From contig JBALDB010000054.1 in assembly GCA_036918135.1 (NCBI GenBank), positions 93,423 through 157,422 of the forward strand: DNA of 64,000 nt. Reading direction: 5' to 3'. The notes below the pieces were generated by a model. The model searched no databases, had not been told where the DNA came from, and saw only the letters and a program-made list of their open reading frames with translations. Shown here piece after piece: positions 9,039 to 18,721 of the stretch (its first letter is position 1; each line of letters starts with the position of its first letter). The translations under genes were made by a program, and so were the position numbers. The DNA is from Nostoc sp. GTDB taxonomy: Bacteria; Cyanobacteriota; Cyanobacteriia; Cyanobacteriales; Nostocaceae.

Positions 9039-9665
9039 TTATGGTAACGCTGGTAGAATAGTCAGCGTCTGAGGACCTGTAATGAACGAGAGACCTGTAG
9101 TGGAACAAGCATTAATCTTCGTTGTCGCAAGCGTAAGGGTTTTTATTACAGGTCTATTGTTGAACACATTACCAGCACGGACGTTTCCGTAAGAGGTTAA
9201 GATAATTTGACCCCTAATAACATTGCTGGAAGTTGAGGTATATCGCACCGTGCTAGTTTTCCCAGTGTTCCATTTGTATGTAATTTCATAGGTTGGGAAA
9301 AACCCGATATCGTTACAGGAGGTCGGACCGGAAAACGAGAAGCTGTAAGTTCCTGATGTAATTCCTCCAGCATTCATGCATCCACCTACAGAACCTGATA
9401 TAGAGGCAGTAGTATATTTTTCTTTGTCCGTCAACGATGGACTGTAAGTAACTGTCTCTGTCCCCAATGGGCAAGTCGCGGGGATAGTCTGAGCCTGAAC
9501 AAGTGATTTAGTTCCAGTGAAATCAATACCTATGGTTGCAGTCACAATAGCACAGGCAAAGGCTGACAATTGGCAACGCTTAACGAAATTACTATTAGTT
9601 AGAGGTATCATTGAGAAACTTTCTTTCCTTGGGTAGATGTATGGAAAATTAGAGAATGATTGCAA
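9039..9665 (-). CDS. Secreted Thr/Ser-rich hypothetical protein (true start may be the ATG at 9611)
   Basis: Signal peptide ending VQA-Q; the mature part is beta-rich with four Cys (TCPLGTETVTYSPSLT...GGCM...TSCN...INACS). Confidence 0.7.
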   Translation of the reverse strand: MQSFSNFPYIYPRKESFSMIPLTNSNFVKRCQLSAFACAIVTATIGIDFTGTKSLVQAQTIPATCPLGTETVTYSPSLTDKEKYTTASISGSVGGCMNAGGITSGTYSFSFSGPTSCNDIGFFPTYEITYKWNTGKTSTVRYTSTSSNVIRGQIILTSYGNVRAGNVFNNRPVIKTLTLATTKINACSTTGLSFITGPQTLTILPALP

Positions 9666-10044
9666 TTTTGAGAAAATCTACTGTTTTAAATACAGTTGAT
9701 TGATTGACATGATACTGTTAATTACTTGACTAAACAAGAAAATTTTGATGAGTTATTTGTATAAATAAATACTTATAAATCAATCTCGTTTTGTGATATA
9801 CTATTCGACTCAATATAAACAATAATTTTTTAGAAATAACCCTTTTGATTAGCGATCGCCTAGTTTTTACGATTTTATTTACAGCCTTCCTTGTCTATGT
9901 CAATACATAAGCTATATACATTTGTGTTTTTATAAATACATTAGTTAGAGCAAAAGCATCTAAGTAATGAAGATTAATAAGCAAGGTAAAATTCCCAAAG
10001 ACTTAATTGCAAAATTCTCTGAGAAAATTAAGTTTTTTCTGATT

Positions 10045-10064
10045 GAGAATGATAATTGTTATGA
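10045..10064. promoter_or_regulatory. Candidate Fur/Zur-family box
   Basis: GAGAATGATAATTGTTATG matches 15/19 positions of the classical Fur box; TGATAATtGTTATGA matches 12/14 of the 7-1-7 TGATAATnATTATCA form. Confidence 0.4.
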
Positions 10065-10207
10065 GAGGAGGGTTTTTGGCAGCTAGATAGGTTAGTAAGT
10101 GCGATCGGCTTTGACTATCCTGCTTAATAGTGACTACCTTGGCAGAAAACTGGGACGCTCAGACTTTAAATCATATAGATAAATTTATGCGATTTTTTAA
10201 TGAAAAG

Positions 10208-10247
10208 TGCATAAACCAATTTACATGACACCCATTTCAAGAATAGA
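10208..10247 (+). promoter_or_regulatory. Conserved motif copy 3 (TGCATAA-N16-CCCATT-N6-ATAGA) upstream of the sigma-like operon
   Basis: The plus strand reads TGCATAA accaatttacatgaca CCCATT tcaaga ATAGA; spacing is identical to copy 2. Confidence 0.68.
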
Positions 10248-10429
10248 GGGATAATAAATAAAGTTAAACTTCTGCTCAAACAGTCAATTACAACTGTTTG
10301 ATTCTGGTCTGGAATTGATTTTAACTTATCGATATCACTCTCAAGATAAAAAACAATATACCTGAAAGATTAATTTCAGATAGGAGTCAAAATTTCTTTA
10401 ACTAATTTATATAAAATACAGGAAAAATC

Positions 10430-11968
10430 ATGAAGCAACGTGAAAGTATTATACAACAATTTTCAACTTTTCTCAGCTTGAAAAATAATTATAAAACTTC
10501 CAACTTTATCTGGCAAACTGATGTAGAGCTAGAACGTAATATAAGTTCTTTAGTTCAGTCAGAACCAGATGCAAAAAAAGAATATTGGGCGCGTTATTTT
10601 TTAAAAATTATTAAAAATATATTACATGATGACTTAGTTATAGCTAGTTTACAAAGTGAGGATAAACCAAAAAACTATATTTCTATATCATCCTCAGAAA
10701 AGTCCTCAAAGTCTTACTCAAGAGCAGAGAAACATTTGTGTGCATACTTACAAGAAGCCTGTCTTTGGGCAGCAAGAAAAAGCTTCCAAAGATTTAAATC
10801 GATTCAGCATAAGTATCCATTAGAAGAATACTTTCAAATTGCCAACTCAGCTATTTATCCTCCAGCCAAACTTCTCAAAAATTTTAATCTTGATTATGTT
10901 AAAACTAATATAGAAGGTTATGCTAAAACAGCTATTATCCGTTTTATTAGTAATACAATTTATCAAAAAGACTTAGAAGGTAAAAGAGAAAAATTTTCTA
11001 ATTACGGACTTTTAAAAGATTTAACTAAAAAAGAGATACAGGAAGCTCTAATTATAAAAGGAATAAATCAAAATCGTGTGAAGTTATACTGTTTAGCTTG
11101 GCAATGCCTAGATGAAATTTATCAACCGAACCAAAAGCAAGGAAATCGTAGTTTAGAAACACCTAGCACTGAATATTTTCAGAATATAACACTATTATAT
11201 AATGAAAGGTGCAATCAACTAGGATTTCTGGAAGCACCAGTTTCAAAGGATAAAATTCAAGAAATATTAGAATTTTGTATCCAAGCAGCTCGTGATTATC
11301 GAACAAAGCATTTTCTACCTTTAGAAGACTACAATAACTTAACTGATAGTCAGCATAGTGCCTTAGATAATCTTGTCCAAGAAGAAGAATGGCAACAGAT
11401 AAACTTACTTGTTTTAAATTTATTTTCAGCTATTCCAGAGACTGGTCAAATAATGTTAAGACTTTGGCTAGGATTAAACTTCACTCAAACTGAGATAGCA
11501 GCAGTTTTAAAAAATAAATATCCTGAAATGCAAAAACAATATCAAGTAGCTCGACAGTTAGCTAAATATAATAAAGTATTATTAAAAGATTTTATTAATG
11601 AATCTCAGAAAATTTATCTTGAAGTTTGTTTTAATGACGAAAAAGATATCGAAAGAATCAAAACATCACTGGCTGAATGCTTACAGCAACATTGCCAGCA
11701 AGTCTCCAAAAATATTCTAAATAAAATTGCTCAACAATGGCAAGTTAAAGGTGAAATAAGTACTTTAGAATTTGGATTAATGAATAAAGATTTTGGACAA
11801 AATACATTAAAATCTTCTTCTAACATCAATAATTTAAATAAACTTTTAAAAACAGCTTTTATTGAACAATTAGAAATAGATATGGGTTTACCTACCAATT
11901 CTTTAGTACCAGTCAGTAATAAGTTAGCTGATTTTGTAGATGAATGGCTAAAAGATAATTTTATTTAA
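10430..11968 (+). CDS. Atypical sigma-70-family / HetZ-like transcription factor
   Basis: HLCAYLQEACLWAA, region-2-like 'LKNFNL...IEGYAK', and a region-4-like HTH 'MLRLWLGLNFTQTEIAA...QYQVARQL'. It sits directly upstream of DUF1822, a recurrent pairing in filamentous cyanobacteria. Confidence 0.7.
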   Translation: MKQRESIIQQFSTFLSLKNNYKTSNFIWQTDVELERNISSLVQSEPDAKKEYWARYFLKIIKNILHDDLVIASLQSEDKPKNYISISSSEKSSKSYSRAEKHLCAYLQEACLWAARKSFQRFKSIQHKYPLEEYFQIANSAIYPPAKLLKNFNLDYVKTNIEGYAKTAIIRFISNTIYQKDLEGKREKFSNYGLLKDLTKKEIQEALIIKGINQNRVKLYCLAWQCLDEIYQPNQKQGNRSLETPSTEYFQNITLLYNERCNQLGFLEAPVSKDKIQEILEFCIQAARDYRTKHFLPLEDYNNLTDSQHSALDNLVQEEEWQQINLLVLNLFSAIPETGQIMLRLWLGLNFTQTEIAAVLKNKYPEMQKQYQVARQLAKYNKVLLKDFINESQKIYLEVCFNDEKDIERIKTSLAECLQQHCQQVSKNILNKIAQQWQVKGEISTLEFGLMNKDFGQNTLKSSSNINNLNKLLKTAFIEQLEIDMGLPTNSLVPVSNKLADFVDEWLKDNFI

Positions 11969-11991
11969 TTGAGGAACAGGAATTAATAATT

Positions 11992-13230
11992 ATGACAATT
12001 AACTTAGATGATTTAACTCTTATCTATCCCGAACAATTATGCTTAGATATATCAAACCAAGAGCGAGAAGCTGCATGGCAGCAAACTATGCAAGAGTCTT
12101 ACTCTAACACAGTTGCTCGCTGGAATGCCTACCTAAATCATTTATCTTTAAATACTTTTTTAACTTGGTTACAAGAAGACCCAGACTTACAAGTAATACC
12201 TAAGTTAGGCTTTCAAAAAACTGATTTTCCAAGTATCTGGGAAGTAGTAAATGGCTCTTTATTAACCATAGGTAAGACTAGATTAGTGTTAATTATTAGT
12301 GATAAAAGCTACTTTCCAGAGTTTCGGATTCCCCAAGAATGGATTGATATTCCCAGTTGGACAGCGCATTATTATCTAGCAGTACAGTTAAATGTAGAAG
12401 AATGTTGGTTACGGGTATGCGGTTATGCTAACTATCAGCAAATCCGCGAACAAGCTACTTATGATGTAATGGATCGAACTTATTGTTTAGATGGAGAAGA
12501 TTTGATTGCAGACTTGAATGTGATGTGGGTGGCGCAAGAACTTTGTCCTCCCAAAACACCAGAGGTTAAATCTTTACCTAGTTTATCAAAAGTCCAAGCA
12601 GAGGAATTACTAGAACAATTAAATAAGTGGACTTTTTCTTCCCCTAGACTCAATGTTCCCTTTGAGAAATGGGGTGCATTTCTAGCAGTTGATGAATTTC
12701 GACAACATCTTTATCAGCGACGCTTAAAAAAGCAAAATGATTTAGTTGAAGCTAGCTACTCTATGGTTAGCAACTTGAGTTTATGGTTTCAAAATATCTT
12801 TAGTACGGGTTGGCAAAATTTGGATGCTTTGTTAACGCCACAACAAAAAACTTTAGCAGTTCAATTCAGAAGTAATTTTGAGTTGAATGAGGGATATATC
12901 AAACGAGCCAAATTAATTGATTTAGGGATGCAACTTGGAGGAAGTGCAGTTGTATTATTAATTGGTCTGAAAACAGAGGTCGATGGTAAAATCGGTCTGC
13001 GCGTGCAATTGCATCCAGCAAATGCAGAAACTTACTTAATACCCAATCTCAGATTAATTCTGCTTTCCCAAACAGGGACAATTCTTCAGGAAGTTACTTC
13101 TAGAAGTGAGGATCATTATATTCAACTCAAAAAATTTAAATCTTCTCCTGGAATTCGCTTCAGCATCCAAGTTGCTCTCGAAAATGTCAGTATAAAGGAA
13201 GATTTTGTAATAGAAGCGCTTGATGACTGA
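11992..13230 (+). CDS. DUF1822 family protein (candidate anti-sigma)
   Basis: RWNAYLNHL..F..WL, PSIWEVVNG, RIPQEWIDIPSW.AHYYLAVQ, NLS.WFQNIF..GWQ, AKLIDLG.QL, RVQLHP, YIQL..F motifs. Confidence 0.88.
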   Translation: MTINLDDLTLIYPEQLCLDISNQEREAAWQQTMQESYSNTVARWNAYLNHLSLNTFLTWLQEDPDLQVIPKLGFQKTDFPSIWEVVNGSLLTIGKTRLVLIISDKSYFPEFRIPQEWIDIPSWTAHYYLAVQLNVEECWLRVCGYANYQQIREQATYDVMDRTYCLDGEDLIADLNVMWVAQELCPPKTPEVKSLPSLSKVQAEELLEQLNKWTFSSPRLNVPFEKWGAFLAVDEFRQHLYQRRLKKQNDLVEASYSMVSNLSLWFQNIFSTGWQNLDALLTPQQKTLAVQFRSNFELNEGYIKRAKLIDLGMQLGGSAVVLLIGLKTEVDGKIGLRVQLHPANAETYLIPNLRLILLSQTGTILQEVTSRSEDHYIQLKKFKSSPGIRFSIQVALENVSIKEDFVIEALDD

Positions 13231-13235
13231 TAGCC

Positions 13236-15581
13236 ATGACTAAATTAGTCGTGTTGAACTTAGGAAAGGGTAACTTGAAGCAGGGATTTACTACTGTTAC
13301 AGCTCAGTTGTACAACTATAGCAACCCTATACCAATACAATTTACAGGCAGCTTGCCTGCGGCACCAGAACTTATAGAACTCTACAGACGTTGGCAGTTA
13401 CTATATTTATTGCTGCATGAAACTCTTTTTCCTGGTCAACGTTGGCATAGAAACCTAGCAAGCGATGCAGAGATTGAAATTGATACAGAAGATATCACTA
13501 ATATTTCCTCTGTTGAGTTTAGTAATTTATGTAACAACTTACAAGATAAAATTAACGTTTGGCTTAAATCTGAGCTATTTCGCAACATTGACCAGAAATT
13601 ACGCACGAAGTTAGATCCTCACGAAGAAATTCGGGTGATTCTAGAAACAGAAGATGACCAAGTTCGTCGCCTACCCTGGCATTTATGGAATTTCTTTGAG
13701 GATTATCAAAAGGCAGTATTTGGTTTAAGCGCTCCGGAAGTAGATGAAGTTAAACCATTACTCAAACCTATTAGCGACAAAGTTAGAATATTAGCCATTC
13801 TTGGTAATAGCGAAGGAATTGATATTCAACAAGACCGGGCAATACTCGAACAACTAGCAGGAACGGAGACTGTTTTTCTGGTTGAGCCACAACGCTCGGA
13901 GTTAGACCGATGGCTGTGGGAGAAGCAGGGCTGGGATATTCTTTTTTTTGCAGGACATGGTTCGAGTCAAATTGATGGTGATATAGGTGAAATTTATATT
14001 AATCAAACTGAAAGTTTAACGATCGCTCAGTTAAAAAATGGTCTGAAAGCAGCGATCGCTAGGGGTTTACAACTAGCAATTTTTAACTGCTGTGATGGAC
14101 TAGGATTAGTCCGAGAATTGGCCTCACTCCACATTCCCCAAACGATCGTCATGCGGGAAGCAGTACCAGATCGGGTTGCTCAAGAATTTTTGAAGCATTT
14201 TCTAGAAGCTTTTGCAAATGGAGAATCTTGCCATTTGGCAATGCGGGAAGCTACAGAAAAGTTGCAGGGTTTAGAAAGCAGCTTTGCCTGTGCTAGTTGG
14301 TTACCAGTAATTTGTCAAAATCCCACGGCTATGTCGCTGGTGTTGAATAAAGTCGGTTCAAAACCTACTAGCTTACACAGCCGAAATATTATCAGCACAA
14401 TTTTCAAAATCAGTATCGCCACGACTGCTTTGATAATGGGGTTGCGCTCCCTTGGTGTATTGCAATCATGGGAGTTGACGGCTTTTGATGCAATGATGCG
14501 ATCGCGTCCCTATGAAGGACAAGATAAACGCATTTTAATAGTTACTGTCACTGAAGCTGATGTGCGATCGCAATCTGCTAAAGAAAGAGGCGGAGCTTCA
14601 CTCTCAGACCGCGCCCTAGCTCAAGTTGTAGAAAAATTAGAGCAGTTCCAACCGCGAGTTATTGGCTTGGATATCTATCGTGAAAATCATGTGGGAGCAG
14701 AATTTAAGAATTTGTCTCGACTAATGCAAAAAAGCGATCGCTTCATTGCTATCTGCGAAGTTAGTGAGGAAAACAAAAATAGCGGTGTTTCGCCTCCACC
14801 GGAAGTTCCCAAGCAAAACTTAGGTTTTAGTGACGTTATACCCGATCCCGATGGCATTATTCGCCGTCAAATATTGGCTATGGCTCCTGCATCCCCATGC
14901 AACACTGATAAATCTTTTAGCTTTCAACTAGCAAACCGTTACTTGCTTGATGAGGGTATCCACCCTAAACTTACCGCAGAAAAAAACTGGCAGTTTGATA
15001 ATGTTGTCTTGAAAAACTTGGAGGAAAACAGCGGTGGCTATCATCAAATTGATAATCTTGGCCACCAAGTGCTGCTCAATTATCGTTCTTCCTATCAACC
15101 TGCGATGCAAGTAACTCTTGCAGACATTTTAAACAATAAACTCACTTCTGATTTAGTAAAGAATCGAGTCGTCCTTATTGGTACAACTGCTGAAAGTTTT
15201 CATGATTATTGGTCTACACCCTATAGTGTCAGTCAGTCGTCATATCAACAAATGCCAGGGGTAATACTTCAAGCGCACATGGTGAGTCAAATTCTCAGTG
15301 CTGTTTTAGATAATCGTCCGCTATTGTGGATGTTACCGAAGTGGGGTGAATTCATTTGGGTATGGGGTTGGTCGTTAGTTGGCGGCATAATTGTTTGGCA
15401 ATTTCGGTCATCGTTAAGATTGGGATTGGCAGGAGTGGCAAGTATTTGCGTTTTATATGGGGTGTCCTTTTGTCTATTGCTTCAAGGAGCCTGGATACCG
15501 CTAGTACCATCAATTTTAGTTTTGATAGTTAGTGGGACTAGTATAATTATTTATACAAAATTTCAAACTCACCAAAAATAA
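13236..15581 (+). CDS. CHAT-CHASE2 membrane protein (cytoplasmic caspase-like domain, extracytoplasmic CHASE2 sensor, C-terminal TM helices)
   Basis: N-terminal CHAT: RRLPWHLW, LFFAGHG, AIFNCCDG, SWLPVICQN. Then a TM helix and CHASE2: ELTAFD.MMRSRP, PRVIGLDIYRE, GFSD...DPDGIIRR, VLIGTTA, PGVILQAHMVSQ. Three C-terminal TM segments follow. Confidence 0.9.
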   Translation: MTKLVVLNLGKGNLKQGFTTVTAQLYNYSNPIPIQFTGSLPAAPELIELYRRWQLLYLLLHETLFPGQRWHRNLASDAEIEIDTEDITNISSVEFSNLCNNLQDKINVWLKSELFRNIDQKLRTKLDPHEEIRVILETEDDQVRRLPWHLWNFFEDYQKAVFGLSAPEVDEVKPLLKPISDKVRILAILGNSEGIDIQQDRAILEQLAGTETVFLVEPQRSELDRWLWEKQGWDILFFAGHGSSQIDGDIGEIYINQTESLTIAQLKNGLKAAIARGLQLAIFNCCDGLGLVRELASLHIPQTIVMREAVPDRVAQEFLKHFLEAFANGESCHLAMREATEKLQGLESSFACASWLPVICQNPTAMSLVLNKVGSKPTSLHSRNIISTIFKISIATTALIMGLRSLGVLQSWELTAFDAMMRSRPYEGQDKRILIVTVTEADVRSQSAKERGGASLSDRALAQVVEKLEQFQPRVIGLDIYRENHVGAEFKNLSRLMQKSDRFIAICEVSEENKNSGVSPPPEVPKQNLGFSDVIPDPDGIIRRQILAMAPASPCNTDKSFSFQLANRYLLDEGIHPKLTAEKNWQFDNVVLKNLEENSGGYHQIDNLGHQVLLNYRSSYQPAMQVTLADILNNKLTSDLVKNRVVLIGTTAESFHDYWSTPYSVSQSSYQQMPGVILQAHMVSQILSAVLDNRPLLWMLPKWGEFIWVWGWSLVGGIIVWQFRSSLRLGLAGVASICVLYGVSFCLLLQGAWIPLVPSILVLIVSGTSIIIYTKFQTHQK

Positions 15582-15649
15582 TGACCTCCGGGTTGGGGCG
15601 ATAGGGTAACGTTAGCGCGTAAGTTACGATTTGCGCTCGCAGGGATAAC

Positions 15650-16189
15650 TTACAATTCAACAATAAAACTGTCTCGTAAATGAAAATCAGGCTGTGCGCC
15701 TCGATGAGTTAATGCCCAGTAAGTAACGCCATCATTTATATATTTAATAACAGTCGTAATCGCAACTTCTATTATTTGTTCTGGCGAAATGATTTCATCC
15801 AAATCCATCTTCAAGGTCAGTACTAATTTATCGGTTTGATTCTCAACATGAAACGGAAGTATTGTCAAGGCTGTTTCTTCTTGCATTCCTTGACGGTATC
15901 CATCAAAACGATAGACATTCCAGTGTCCAGCAGGGGAGAGGTTAAATTCCCAATATTTTTGAGAATTTTTGATCCCAAGAAAAAACTCGAAGCAAGTACC
16001 TTCCCACAATTGATGCTTGCGTGATGGTGCGTTTGATGGTGGAGAAACTGCAATTTCTTTCAAATCGCCTGTAACGGTATAACAGATACTAAGTTGATTA
16101 ATGTTTCGGTTGATATTACCTGCAATTTTTAAATTAGCTAGGGATTCGGTAGCAGCAAAAGGTTGTAAAGAAAATGTCTGGTTATTCAT
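15650..16189 (-). CDS. DOMON-like (carbohydrate-binding family 9-like) domain protein
   Basis: LWEGTCFEFF, YWEFNLSPAGHWNVYRFDGYRQGM, YWALTH..QPDFHLRDSF; overlaps the upstream kinase by 4 bp. Confidence 0.8.
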   Translation of the reverse strand: MNNQTFSLQPFAATESLANLKIAGNINRNINQLSICYTVTGDLKEIAVSPPSNAPSRKHQLWEGTCFEFFLGIKNSQKYWEFNLSPAGHWNVYRFDGYRQGMQEETALTILPFHVENQTDKLVLTLKMDLDEIISPEQIIEVAITTVIKYINDGVTYWALTHRGAQPDFHLRDSFIVEL

Positions 16190-17304
16190 TTCATATCTTT
16201 AATAATTTGGCGAATCTGCGTTTCTTGGAATTCGATGCTTTCGGTCAGTTTAAACTGGACGATCGCTCTTGCCAAATTATGTTCTGGGTGCTTCACTTTG
16301 AAGTAGACATTTCCTGCTAAGTAATCAGCAAAGAATCTCAATCCTAATTCAAAAGCGATCAGACGAATTGCATCGTAGATATAGGCATAGTCATTTTCGG
16401 TGAGAAAAGCCTTTGCCACACCAAGGTAACCTGCTAAAATTTCCTGGCACAAATCGGTATCGAAATAAACATTGTCCCAATTCTCCGTTTCTTCTCCAGC
16501 CGGATTGCAACCCGATCGCAGACAATCGCCAATATCATAATGTACCAGACCGGGTTTTACGGTGTCGAGGTCTATGACACTGACGGCTTGCTGGGTAGCA
16601 GTGTCGAACATGACATTATTGATTTTTGGATCGCCGTGCATTAGACGCAATGGTAGAATCCCTTGTGCTTTGGCATTTTCTAAGATATGTGCAAAGGTTT
16701 GGCGATCGCTAACAAATCGCAAGCAATAATTAACCTCAGGAGTTTTACGCACTTTAGTTGTTGCTAAAACTTTGTCATATTGCTGGAGGTAAAGCGGTGT
16801 AATATGAAAGCCTTGTAGGGTATCAGCGAGTTTTTCTGGTGACAAATCGCTAATCAGATTGTGGAACATCCCCAAGGCATAACCGATTTCTCGTGCATGT
16901 GAGCGATCGTGCATGGTATCAAAGGATTGTGAATCTTCAATAAAGCTAATCGCCCGCCAAAATGAACCGTCAGCATCTCGCCAGTGGTCTTGTTTGTTTT
17001 TAGTCAATAGTACCTGCGGTACTTCCCAGCGACGATTTAAAGGAGTAGATTGTAACTTTTTACGAACATGTTCAGTGAAGGTACACATGTTCTGCATAAT
17101 CAGTTTTGGCTGGCGAAAGACTTGTGTATTGATGCGTTGGAGGACAAAATTCTTTTGTTCTGAGCAATTTAGAGTTACTAAAAATGTGTCATTGATATTA
17201 CCACTACCAAAGGCTTTGGCATCTATAACCTTCGCCAGTTGGGCGAATTGGTCAGCGATCGCAACTAAATTTTTTCTACCCTGTGTATTGAATTCTTCTA
17301 CCAT
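16186..17304 (-). CDS. APH/choline-kinase-like phosphotransferase (N-acetylhexosamine 1-kinase-like)
   Basis: GSGNINDTF, LQRIN..VF, HGDPKINNVMF (Brenner motif), VIDLDTVKPG..YDIGD, ELGLRFFADYL.GNVYFK. Confidence 0.85.
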   Translation of the reverse strand: MVEEFNTQGRKNLVAIADQFAQLAKVIDAKAFGSGNINDTFLVTLNCSEQKNFVLQRINTQVFRQPKLIMQNMCTFTEHVRKKLQSTPLNRRWEVPQVLLTKNKQDHWRDADGSFWRAISFIEDSQSFDTMHDRSHAREIGYALGMFHNLISDLSPEKLADTLQGFHITPLYLQQYDKVLATTKVRKTPEVNYCLRFVSDRQTFAHILENAKAQGILPLRLMHGDPKINNVMFDTATQQAVSVIDLDTVKPGLVHYDIGDCLRSGCNPAGEETENWDNVYFDTDLCQEILAGYLGVAKAFLTENDYAYIYDAIRLIAFELGLRFFADYLAGNVYFKVKHPEHNLARAIVQFKLTESIEFQETQIRQIIKDMK

Positions 17305-17534
17305 ATTCTTGTTTGACCTGACTACTCCTCACATTGCACAAAGGCAATAGGGGATATCGTAGCGCAAGTATCAAGACAATTTGTAATTCGTCATTCGTAA
17401 TTAAAAAGGTTTGTCTTTTAATGCTACAAAAAGTTCTACCCAACTCACTAGTCAGTCTTTTAGCTGTAGGGTTGGTTCTGCAACCGATTGTTACCTATTG
17501 GTAGATTCAAGAAGTAGACTCAGAAAATTATTCA

Positions 17535-17897
17535 ATGAAACCCGAAAGTGCAGATAAAGCAGAATCTTTCTACATTGCTGTAATTTTGTATGAATCATCT
17601 TCTGATGCATTGGATTATCAACCGTTGTACCAGGAATGTTTTGTACTGCTCAAAGCTAGTTCTTTAGAGAAAGCGAAATCAAAGGCTGTAAGTTATGGGA
17701 AAAAACAAGAAGTAAGCTACAAAAATAAGGACAGAGAAACTATTACCTGGTCTTGGAAACAGGTGATAGATGTAAATTCAGTATTGGATGATGATTTTGA
17801 TTTAGCTAATAATGGTGTAGATTTATACGCTAGACATTTTCGTAATTATGAAGCTTACCACTCATTTGAACCATTTTTGTCTCAAGAAGAATTATGA
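17535..17897 (+). CDS. DUF4288-like protein
   Basis: YQECFVLLKASSLEKAKSKA...SYKN...ITWSW pattern. Confidence 0.7.
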   Translation: MKPESADKAESFYIAVILYESSSDALDYQPLYQECFVLLKASSLEKAKSKAVSYGKKQEVSYKNKDRETITWSWKQVIDVNSVLDDDFDLANNGVDLYARHFRNYEAYHSFEPFLSQEEL

Positions 17898-18031
17898 CTT
17901 GGAGAATTATTTTTCAATGTATGTTAATACGGGGTGCGATCGCGCCAATAGCTTGGATGACCCCCAACTTTTGGAATAAGTTGGGGATCGAATCTGAATT
18001 CTGGATTATGACTCCTAAATTCTAACAACTT

Positions 18032-18721
18032 TTAGTTTTTCCAACTCAAAAACCGGGCATAAATATAAGCAATTAGTTCATCAAGAACTGTCCGCACACC
18101 TTGGCTAGAACCCCACCATTTCTTTGGATCGTAATCTTGAGTTTTACCAGCAATCACACCAACTCGAATGTTAGGATTCAAGAGTTTTTTGAAAATTAAC
18201 CAACTCCTACGGGTATGAACGTCTAAAGAAAAAAGATTAATTGATCCTACTTTTAAATTGGAATTGGATAGCCAGCGATAAAATTCAGCAGCAGATGCAT
18301 AACTACGATCCTTAACTACAAAAGGTGTGGGAACAGCTACTACTTTTTCTGCTTCTAAACCAAGTTTATTGAAGGTGGCGGCCGTCACTTCTGCAAAATT
18401 ATTGTATCCAGTCAGATAAGTTCCCTTTCCTAATGAACCTCCGGTAGTAATTATTTGACGATAAGAGCCATTTTTAAATTCAATTAACGCTTCTTCTATA
18501 GCATAATCTGGTAGCCATCCTTCAACAACTAATATTTCTGCTGATTTGATAGGGGAAGTTACGGCGAGATATGAGTGTACATGAGTAATACTCAAAAACA
18601 TTAAATAAGCAACCACAGCGATTGCAATCGCCCACCCCGGAGCCGTAAGTGTCCACATTTCTTGGCGTTTTATTAGTTTGATATTTGGAAATTTTTGACG
18701 CCGACTTTTTTTCGTCTGCAT
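18032..18721 (-). CDS. YdcF/DUF218-like protein
   Basis: N-terminal TM, LVVEGWLPD, IITTGG, HTRRSW, E.IAYIY. Confidence 0.75.
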   Translation of the reverse strand: MQTKKSRRQKFPNIKLIKRQEMWTLTAPGWAIAIAVVAYLMFLSITHVHSYLAVTSPIKSAEILVVEGWLPDYAIEEALIEFKNGSYRQIITTGGSLGKGTYLTGYNNFAEVTAATFNKLGLEAEKVVAVPTPFVVKDRSYASAAEFYRWLSNSNLKVGSINLFSLDVHTRRSWLIFKKLLNPNIRVGVIAGKTQDYDPKKWWGSSQGVRTVLDELIAYIYARFLSWKN

